Shown here one piece after another: positions 53,276-64,000 of a DNA stretch of 64,000 nucleotides. Both the position numbers and the translations under genes were made by a program. The notes below the pieces were generated by a model. The model saw only the letters and a program-made list of their open reading frames with translations, had not been told where the DNA came from and searched no databases. The stretch's first letter is position 1. Each line of letters opens with the position of its first letter. This DNA comes from Eledone cirrhosa. Its lineage: Eukaryota. Where the stretch lies: NCBI GenBank assembly GCA_964016885.1, contig OZ024743.1, forward strand, positions 144,088,001 to 144,152,000, given 5' to 3'.

Positions 53276-53981
53276 GTATATATATATGTATATGTATATA
53301 TATATATATGTATATATATATGTATATGTATATATATATATATGTATATATATATGTATATGTATATATATATGTATATATATATGTACATATATGTATA
53401 TATATATGTACATATATGTATATATATATATGTACATATATATATATATGTATGTATATATATATGTACATATATATGTATATGTATGTATATATATGTA
53501 TATATATATGTACATATATATATATATGTATGTATATATATATGTACATATATATGTATATGTATGTATATATATGTATATATATATGTACATATATGTG
53601 TATATCTATATATATGTATATATATATGTACATATATGTGTATATATATGTATATATATATGTACATATATGTGTATATGTATATATATGTATATATATA
53701 TGTACATATATGTGTATATATATGTATATATATGTATATATATATATGTACATATATGTGTATATGTATATATATGTATATATATATATGTACATATATA
53801 TGTATATATATATATGTATATATATACGTACATATATATGTATATGTATATATATATATGTATATATATACGTACATATATATGTATATGTATATATATA
53901 TATATGTATATATATATGTACATATATATATATATATGTATATATATATGTATGTAGAACTTATATGTATATATATATATA
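52707..53981. repeat. Long (TA)n/(TATG)/(TACA) compound microsatellite
   Basis: Direct reading. Similar tracts lie at 7973-8190, 26720-27810, 42576-43040, 45759-46513 and 47813-48030. Confidence 0.97.
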
Positions 53982-54330
53982 GTCAAAAAAAGTGTGGATG
54001 CTAGAAAACATTCTATACAGATCATGTTATATAAGGAGAAAGATAATAAAAAAAATACACCTCGTTTCATCATCATCATCATCATCATTATTTAAAATCC
54101 ATCTTCTAGCATGGGTTAGACAGGTTTGTCCCGTTTATAAGCAAGTTGGTGCGGGTGAACATATCTTGCTTATGTAGAACTGTTTCTGGCTGGTTTTCTA
54201 TGGCTTGATGTCCTTCCTAGCGCCAACCAGATTTACAGTTTGTGCTGGGTGCTTTTTGCTGCAGCTTTTACATGACCATTTTACAGTGTGGGCTGAATGT
54301 TTTGTGGTACCGACATAACATATATATATG

Positions 54331-54883
54331 TATGTAAAAGGTAAACAGAAATAACAACACAATCGGTACAGTATATGGAAGGGATATATTAGGTTAACGC
54401 TTGATATAGCAGGAAGAGGGTCTTAATGTTTAGGACGCTAGTCCTTTATCAGAAGAAAGAATGAGAAATAAGATAGATTGAGGGGACGGGCAGGTTGAAT
54501 TGTAAAAAATGTCTTTAGATAAAAATAACAGGTCCATTCATGTTGACATCTCTTGCAAAACTGTTATATAGGGGCGAGAGGTTGGAGGAAGCGCTTGAGA
54601 GTAGAATGGAGCTGGCAGAGAAAAGATTTGAGATTTGGCATATTGAAGGTACTAGGGTGGGAGTGAAAAATAGATGGGTGAGAAGAAGAAGGTGGTGTAT
54701 GAAGATTGTAGTAGAGGAAAAGTGGTAGAGAGTCGTGTAATATTTAAATGAGAGAAGCAAAGAAAATTTCAATGATATGAAATTTCCTGGTGGAAGTTCA
54801 GGTGTACTCCGGGCTGGTATCCAATTTCGGGATGAAAATCCAATTAGAAAATCCAACGAATTTTGAGAGGTCCACGTAAGCGT

Positions 54884-54921
<38 letters not shown>

Positions 54922-54963
54922 GTAAAAGGTGAATGAAATAACAACACAATCGGTAGAGTATAA
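54331..54963 (-). mobile_element. Old PLE-like 3' fragment with a duplicated terminal ~45 bp
   Basis: atgtaaaaggt..aaataacaacacaatcggta.agtata occurs at about 54332 and 54920. A decayed hammerhead-like ctgataa-aggac-tagc-gtcc-taaac is on minus at about 54428-54452. Confidence 0.4.
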
Positions 54964-55500
54964 TATATATACACACATACATATTATGATAAAGGTAAAT
55001 ATATATATATATTTGTGTGTATATATATATATCATCATCACTTCTGTCATGTCCATTTTCCATGCCTGCATGGGTTAGACAGGTTGACCTGTTGTGGGCA
55101 ATGCTAGCTCAGGTGGCCAATTTTTGCTCATACAGGACTGATTCTGGCTTGACTTCTACAGCTGGATGTCCTTCCTAACACCAACCTCATTTACAAGTAC
55201 TGGGTGCTTTTTGTTGTGATGCCTACAGGATCACTTTACAGTGTGGGCTGGGTGCTTTTTATTGTGACACCTAAACCTATATATATATATAAAAACGAAA
55301 CTTTATAACATGTACAAAAAATTGGTGTTTAGCAAAGCTTGCTTTCTCTTACATTTTCAAAAACAAACATCTTTTGAGTTGTTCTTTTGTTAAGAATTCA
55401 GCATGTGGGTTTTCGACCATGTAGTTTTTAAAAAAGACACGGTCGAAAAGCAGTATATATATATATGTATGTATATATATATATATATATATATCTGTGT

Positions 55501-55633
55501 GTGGTTGAGAAAAGAGTACTCAATACCAAAGTAGAGTTTAAATATTCATTATATTAAGTTTCGCCTGTTTATTTTATCTGAAGACCCTGTGATTAACAGG
55601 CGAAGCTCCAGAGTAACAAGACCCACTATTTAG

Positions 55634-55636
<3 letters not shown>
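55501..55636. mobile_element. PLE-like terminal fragment in (TA)n with a decayed hammerhead
   Basis: CTGAAGA-ccctg-tgattaa-cagg-cGAAG-ctc-ca-gagTA. The block agagtactcaata..agtagag resembles the family A tail at 28250-28278. Confidence 0.4.
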
Positions 55637-55680
<44 letters not shown>

Positions 55681-56093
55681 CATATACACATGATTATTAT
55701 TTTATGTCTGCTTTCTATACTTTTGTGTGTTAGACAAATTGTCATCATCTGAAACTTGACAGGCTGTGTGAGTGTTGGGTGATCATGTCTTGAGCCTACA
55801 TTCCATATTTCGCATGGTTTCTACAGATTGATTCCCTTTCCTAACACCAACCACTTTACTGAGTGTATTGGGTTAATTTTTTCATGGCATCAGCACTGTG
55901 ACTTTACACAGCCTACTGTTTGAATTTTATTGTAACACCAGCACTATCACTCATAGACTGTACTGGGGTCATTTTATCACCAGAGGGGGAGGGGTCTAAC
56001 ACTATTATGAGAGAGAGAGAAATCAAATGAAATAATCAGAGAAATTCACTATTTTGAATGTATGTATATAATGTATACATGCTTGCATATATA

Positions 56094-56124
<31 letters not shown>

Positions 56125-56789
56125 CCCAAAATACTGCACACATACACATATTTGAATGTGAATGGTGTGGACAGAACTGTCATCAATTCACCTTACAATA
56201 AAAAACAAACCCAGAAATTGACACAGAAACTAAATTCTCTTAATTATATTGTGTGTGCGTGTATTATTTACTGAAGATTTTAAAAAAAAAAATGACTGTA
56301 CAATGCATGTTGTAAAAACAAAAGGGAATAAAATAAAGCAACAGTTAACACTTTTATCTTATATTTCATATTTCAAAGTTAAAGCCCTCGTCTTTTTTTT
56401 TTTTTCAAAAAAGAAAATGGCGTATGGTGATTTCATACTGATTCTTTTTGGCTACTATAACAATGTCACTAGCTCCTTCATCGCCAAAGGGATAGAGGAG
56501 GTAGTGACATGCACAGGTTAGCATTGTTATATAGGTCATTCAGTTTCAGACAGTTCATATCTGTTATTAATAGAAAGACTAGCATATTAATGAATATTGC
56601 CTATCTATTTCCAATATTTCATTCAGTGGTTTTCTTTGATTGTGATTTTGATTTATTATTTGTCTGCTTATGTTTACATTGCTCTAAAAGTGGTTAATTG
56701 AATTGTGTGCCTTTATATTCAATATAGTTTAACAAATAGCAACTAATAAAATAAGTACCAGATTGGAATAAATCCCGAAGTTGATATTA

Positions 56790-56945
56790 CATATGTTTAT
56801 CTCAATGTTATGCTTACATGCAATCGTTGGAGGGTAACTAGAAGTTACAGTATATCATTATTATAAAAAAAGAATAATGACATACTGTAACTTCTAGTTA
56901 CCCTCCCATGATTGCATGTAAGCATAACATTGAAATAAACATATG
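56790..56945. repeat. Hairpin with ~73 bp arms at a SINE 5' junction
   Basis: 56790-56862 pairs with 56873-56945, with a few mismatches. Confidence 0.92.
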
Positions 56946-57130
56946 GATTGGCAGTATCGGTAGAGGGTTGGACGCCATGCTTAGCAGCAAAGAGTTATAG
57001 CCCTTTATGGTCTGAGTTCAAATCCCGCTGAGGTTAACTTTTCCTTTCATCCTTATGGAGTCGATAAAATAAAGTACCAGTAATGCACTGAGATAATTGC
57101 TGGCCTTGTGCCAAAAGTAGAAACAATTAT
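56945..57130 (+). mobile_element. SINE family 1 copy
   Basis: ggattggcagtatcggtagagggttggacgcc...gtagaaacaattatt. Confidence 0.9.
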
Positions 57131-57599
57131 TATAAAAAAAAGAATTTAGTATGGGGAGTGAGCCTTGAGGTACTCTTAATCCTTTGAAACCTGACTCCCT
57201 TGCATTTATGCAATCCACAACCCTGAGTATCTGCCCCCAAATCACTGAAAAATGATGTTTAATTTAATTTGAAAAATAAATAATAGATGTACAAACTTGA
57301 CAAAATTCACAATCTTGCCTTCCCAAAGAACTCAAACTAAAGCAATGATGTAAAATGGTTGCGGATTTATGTAAAATGTGCTGTAAATAATAATAATAAT
57401 GAAAACTATTATATACAATGCTAAGGTGCACTACAACTCATGAAAGGTGCATGTATAGTACATAGAACAATGTGCAAATGTCAGGAAAGTGAACAGTATG
57501 AGTCATGATATACACACAGACATACACACCTGCTTGCGTGTGTGTGGTGGTGGTGGGGGGGGGGGATACCAGGTGTAGTAAATAGAAATGTGTGGCAGA

Positions 57600-60500
57600 A
57601 AGGAATACAGGGATGGTGAGAAATAGTCTAACATTGTTTGGACCAGAATAGTGAGATGGTGAGATATAGTTTAACATTGTTTGGACCAGATGGTGAGATA
57701 TAGTCACACATTGTTGGGACCAGAATAGCGGGCTGGTGGGATATAGTCAAACATTGTTGGTACTGGAATACTGGGATATAGTCACACATTGTTGGTACTG
57801 GAATACTGAGATGGTGGGATATAGTCAAACATTGTTGGTGCTGGAATACTGGGATATAGTCACACATTGTTGGTACTGGAATACTGGGATATAGTCACAC
57901 ATTGTTGGTACTGGAATACTGGGATATAGTCAAACATTGTTGGTACTGGAATACTGGGATATAGTCACACATTGTTGGTACTGGAATACTGGGATATAGT
58001 CACACATTGTTGGTGCTGGAATACTGGGATATAGTCACACATTGTTGGTACTGGAATACTAGGATATAGTCACACATTGTTGGTACTGGAATACTGGGAT
58101 ATAGTCACACATTGTTGGTACTGGAATACTGGGATATAGTCACACATTGTTGGTACTGGAATACTGGGATATAGTCACACATTGTTGATACTGGAATACT
58201 GGGATATAGTCACACATTGTTGGTACTGGAATACTGGGATATAGTCACACATTGTTGATACTGGAATACTGGGATATAGTCACACATTGTTGGTACTGGA
58301 ATACTGGGATATAGTCACACATTGTTGGTACTGGAATACTGAGATGGTGGGATATAGTCAAACATTGTTGGTACTGGAATACTGGGATATAGTCACACAT
58401 TGTTGGTACTGGAATACTGAGATGGTGGGATATAGTCACACATTGTTGGTGCTGGAATACTGGGATATAGTCACACATTGTTGGTGCTGGAATACTGGGA
58501 TATAGTCACACACTGTTGGTGCTGGAATACTGGGATATAGTCACACATTGTTGGTACTGGAATACTGAGATGGTGGGATATAGTCAAACATTGTTGGTAC
58601 TGGAATACTGGGATATAGTCACACATTGTTGGTACTGGAATACTGGGATATAGTCACACATTGTTGGTACTGGAATACTGGGATATAGTCACACATTGTT
58701 GGTACTGGAATACTGGGATATAGTCACACATTGTTGGTGCTGGAATACTGGGATATAGTCACACTTTGTTGGTACTGGAATACTGGGATATAGTCACACA
58801 TTGTTGGTACTGGAATACTGGGATATAGTCACACATTGTTGGTACTGGAATACTGGGATATAGTCACACATTGTTGGTGCTGGAATACTGGGATATAGTC
58901 ACACTTTGTTGGTACTGGAATACTGGGATATAGTCACACATTGTTGGTACTGGAATACTGGGATATAGTCACACATTGTTGGTGCTGGAATACTGGGATA
59001 TAGTCACACTTTGTTGGTACTGGAATACTGGGATATAGTCACACATTGTTGGTACTGGAATACTGGGATATAGTCACACACTGTTGGTACTGGAATACTG
59101 GGATATAGTCACACACTGTTGGTGCTGGAATACTGGGATATAGTCACACATTGTTGGTGCTGGAATACTGGGATATAGTCACACATTGTTGGTGCTGGAA
59201 TACTGGGATATAGTCACACATTGTTGGTACTGGAATACTGGGATATAGTCAAACATTGTTGGTGCTGGAATACTGGGATATAGTCACACTTTGTTGGTAC
59301 TGGAATACTGGGATATAGTCACACTTTGTTGGTACTGGAATACTGGGATATAGTCACACATTGTTGGTACTGGAATACTGAGATGGTGGGATATAGTCAA
59401 ACATTGTTGGTGCTGGAATACTGAGATGGTGGGATATAGTCACACATTGTTGGTACTGGAATACTGGGATATAGTCAAACATTGTTGGTACTGGACTACT
59501 GGGATATAGTCAAACATTGTTGGTGCTGGAATACTGGGATATAGTCACACTTTGTTGGTACTGGAATACTGGGATATAGTCACACATTGTTGGTACTGGA
59601 CTACTGGGATATAGTCACACTTTGTTGGTACTGGAATACTGGGATATAGCCACACATTGTTGGTGCTGGAATACTGGGATATAGTCACACTTTGTTGGTA
59701 CTGGAATACTGGGATATAGTCACACATTGTTGGTACTGGAATACTGGGATATAGTCACACATTGTTGGTACTGGAATACTGGGATATAGTCACACATTGT
59801 TGGTACTGGAATACTGGGATATAGTCAAACATTGTTGGTACTGGACTACTGGGATATAGTCAAACATTGTTGGTGCTGGAATACTGGGATATAGTCACAC
59901 TTTGTTGGTACTGGAATACTGGGATATAGTCACACATTGTTGGTACTGGACTACTGGGATATAGTCAAACATTGTTGGTGCTGGAATACTGGGATATAGT
60001 CACACTTTGTTGGTACTGGAATACTGGGATATAGTCACACATTGTTGATACTGGAATACTGGGATATAGTCACACATTGTTGGTACTGGAATACTGGGAT
60101 ATAGTCACACATTGTTGGTACTGGAATACTGGGATATAGTCAAACATTGTTGGTGCTGGAATACTGAGATGGTGGGATATAGTCACACATTGTTGGTACT
60201 GGAATACTGGGATATAGTCACACATTGTTGGTACTGGAATACTGGGATATAGTCACACATTGTTGGTACTGGAATACTGAGATGGTGGGATATAGTCAAA
60301 CATTGTTGGTACTGGAATACTGGGATATAGTCACACATTGTTGGTACTGGAATACTGGGATATAGTCACACATTGTTGGTACTGGAATACTGGGATATAG
60401 TCACACATTGTTGGTACTGGAATACTGAGATGGTGGGATATAGTCAAACATTGTTGGTACTGGAATACTGGGATATAGTCACACATTGTTGGTACTGGAA

Positions 60501-62322
60501 TACTGGGATATAGTCACACATTGTTGATACTGGAATACTGGGATATAGTCACACATTGTTGGTACTGGAATACTGGGATATAGTCAAACATTGTTGGTAC
60601 TGGAATACTGGGATATAGTCACACATTGTTGGTGCTGGAATACTGGGATATAGTCACATATTGTTGGTACTGGAATACTGGGATATAGCCACACATTGTT
60701 GGTACTGGAATACTGGGATATAGTCACACATTGTTGGTGCTGGAATACTGGGATATAGTCACACTTTGTTGGTACTGGAATACTGGGATATAGTCACACA
60801 TTGTTGGTGCTGGAATACTGGGATATAGTCACACATTGTTGGTGCTGGAATACTGGGATATAGTCACATATTGTTGGTACTGGAATACTGGGATATAGCC
60901 ACACATTGTTGGTACTGGAATACTGGGATATAGTCACACATTGTTGGTGCTGGAATACTGGGATATAGTCACACTTTGTTGGTACTGGAATACTGGGATA
61001 TAGTCACACATTGTTGGTGCTGGAATACTGGGATATAGTCACACATTGTTGGTGCTGGAATACTGGGATATAGCCACACATTGTTGGTGCTGGAATACTG
61101 GGATATAGTCACACATTGTTGGTACTGGAATACTGAGATGGTGGGATATAGTCAAACATTGTTGGTACTGGAATACTGGGATATAGTCACACATTGTTGG
61201 TACTGGAATACTGGGATATAGTCACACACTGTTGGTGCTGGAATACTGGGATATAGTCACACATTGTTGGTACTGGAATACTGGGATATAGTCACACATT
61301 GTTGGTACTGGAATACTGGGATATAGTCACACATTGTTGGTACTGGAATACTGGGATATAGTCACACATTGTTGGTGCTGGAATACTGGGATATAGTCAC
61401 ACATTGTTGGTGCTGGAATACTGGGATATAGCCACACATTGTTGGTGCTGGAATACTGGGATATAGTCACACATTGTTGGTACTGGAATACTGAGATGGT
61501 GGGATATAGTCAAACATTGTTGGTACTGGAATACTGGGATATAGCCACACATTGTTGGTGCTGGAATACTGGGATATAGTCACACATTGTTGGTACTGGA
61601 ATACTGGGATATAGTCACACACTGTTGGTGCTGGAATTCTGGGATATAGTCACACATTGTTGGTACTGGAATACTGGGATATAGTCACACATTGTTGGTA
61701 CTGGAATACTGGGATATAGTCACACATTGTTGGTACTGGAATACTGGGATATAGTCACACATTGTTGGTGCTGGAATACTGGGATATAGTCACACATTGT
61801 TGGTGCTGGAATACTGGGATATAGCCACACATTGTTGGTGCTGGAATACTGGGATATAGTCACACATTGTTGGTACTGGAATACTGAGATGGTGGGATAT
61901 AGTCACACATTGTTGGTGCTGGAATACTGGGATATAGCCACACATTGTTGGTGCTGGAATACTGGGATATAGTCACACATTGTTGGTGCTGGAATACTGG
62001 GATATAGTCACACATTGTTGGTACTGGAATACTGGGATATAGTCAAACATTGTTGGTACTGGAATACTGGGATATAGCCACACATTGTTGGTGCTGGAAT
62101 ACTGGGATATAGTCACACATTGTTGGTACTGGAATACTGGGATATAGTCACACATTGTTGGTACTGGAATACTGGGATATAGTCACACATTGTTGGTGCT
62201 GGAATACTGAGATGGTGGGATATAGTCAAACATTGTTGGTACTGGAATACTGGGATATTGTCAAATTTTGTTGGGACCAAAATATTAAGATGGTGGGATA
62301 TAGTTGGAACCAGAATACTGGA
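57600..62322. repeat. 35-bp minisatellite with a 43-bp variant, more than 120 units
   Basis: Unit gggatatagtcacacattgttggtactggaatact, with optional gagatggt. Degenerate units at both edges. Confidence 0.98.
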
Positions 62323-62467
62323 TAGACAGGTCCAGTGGGTTGAATGTGTTAAATCAGTAATTTAAGGAATGTCAAAGAATACTCACACTTGATGGAATTG
62401 AACCTTTTTTTATATCACCCCACCTGAAACTGACCCTAGTATTACAATATAAAACCATCTGTTTTAA

Positions 62468-62683
62468 CCCTTTAGCATTTAAACCGGACATATCCAGCCA
62501 GAATTCTCTTTTTCTGTTCAAACTGGCTGTAACTGGCCATTCATACCTACATTAAGGTATTGTTCTCAAAATAAATAACATCAAAATCTTGTAGATTCAA
62601 TATTATGTGAGATAATTATGTAACATAAAACCTTTACTGTGAAAATAAAATAGTAAATATAGAATAAACTAAATGCTAAAGGG
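62468..62683 (+). mobile_element. piggyBac-like MITE nested in the second MITE family
   Basis: ttaa|ccctttagcattt...aaatgctaaaggg|ttaa. Confidence 0.85.
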
Positions 62684-64000
62684 TTAAAGTATTTTATTTA
62701 AATTCAAACCTGCTCTCAAAATTATATGTAAAATTATTTTGTTACGTTAATTTCTAAACAACAGCTTAATAATAGAAAAAAATAGTTATTATAAACAAAC
62801 CCAGTACAAGCTGTAAAGTGGTAGGTGATAAGATGGGCATCCAGACATAGAAAGCTTGCCGAACAAAGGGTTGGGAACACTCTTTAGTTGTGTCAAGGAC
62901 ATAACAGTCTCCCTAGTGCTGGTGATCTACACAATAAAAGCACACTGTAAAGTGGTTCGTGTTAGGAAGGGCATCCAACCATAGAAAGCTTTCCAAACAA
63001 GGGGTTAGGAGGACCTTTCAGTTTGTGTTGAAATACACCACGACTTCTCCTTTGCACTCAATCATGATCGTATTTAAGCAGGACACAGACCCCTCGACCT
63101 GCCTGGAAAGTCAGTAGTCCTGCGTCAGTACTGACTTTGTCTTTGAAGACCCATCCAACCCTTGGTAGTAGGGAAAGCAGATGTTAAATGATGATCGCAA
63201 TTAAACCCTGTTCAATTCCTGATTATTTAGAATTGACACCCATAGATACAGTAGACAAGGAATTAGCAGAGTTGTTTGGGTGTCAGACAGAATGCTACGT
63301 GTAATTCATTCTGGTTGTCTGTGTTTTGAGTTCAAATCCCGCTGAAGCAACTTTGCCTTTCATCCTTTCAGTGTTGATAAAATACTAGTTTAGAACTGGA
63401 GTCTCTCTCTATATCTCCCTCCCTCTCTCTCTTTCTCTCCCCTCTCCGTCTAATCCACTCTCTCCTTCTACCCCTTTCCGTCTCTTTCTCTTTCCTTCTT
63501 CCTCTCTCTCTGTTTTGCTCTCCCCTGCCTCAAAATCAGATGTGGTTAAGCATAGTGAGGTATGGACACTACGAGGCATACAATGTCCAAGATGGCGCCT
63601 GTATAACTTCACTGGAATTTATATGATCTGTGATAAGTAACGAACAGAAATATGGAGACAAAAGCGTTAAACATCCTGTCTGAAATCTTTCACATTCAAT
63701 TGGTTATTAATGGGTGGACCCAGCTGGTGGCCAATTTAAACAGTAGATTTTCTTGTCAGGCATATGCAAAGACTTTGCTGAATTTTTAAGCTTAAGTATC
63801 ATATTATATCTTATCTCTCTTCTCTGCTATCTAAACTGCCATTATAATATATCTTTACATTTATATTGTATCAAAACTACCTAGATTATATATCTTGCCA
63901 AATTGCATTTAATCTCAATATATTTTTTTCTTTGGGGGTTCTGTTATCAAGCCAAAACATATTTGTAGTGAAATATCCTAGCTAATCTTCATTCCTTTGG

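Noticed and set aside
52617-54088. Long YIYI/ICIY ORFs here and at about 7.9, 26-28, 42.5 and 45.6-46.5 kb
   Set aside because: They are translations of stop-free (TA)n/(TATG)n microsatellites.
56496-56520. let-7-like seed GAGGUAG
   Set aside because: The remainder does not match let-7 and the position in the hairpin is wrong.

Overview
AT-rich, repeat-saturated animal DNA with no host gene I can support. The repeat repertoire (RTE LINEs with (GAT)n tails, tRNA-derived SINEs, very long (TA)n/(TATG)n tracts) suggests an octopus-type cephalopod, which is an inference. Contents: a near full-length disabled RTE LINE and several truncated copies carrying a PHD-like finger, R4/Dong-like fragments, two SINE families, piggyBac-like and hAT-like MITEs, 30-bp and 35/43-bp minisatellite arrays, and Penelope-like (PLE, GIY-YIG) pieces with hammerhead motifs sitting in (TA)n. 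The most striking pattern is about nine fold-back inverted duplications. Four are PLE-type insertions from two families with one shared architecture: two 5'-truncated copies joined head-to-head, one ending at a family-specific point and the other carrying an extra 50-80 bp tail. Another hairpin looks like target-site snap-back synthesis captured at a SINE 5' junction. All alignments were done by eye and coordinates are approximate to a few bases.
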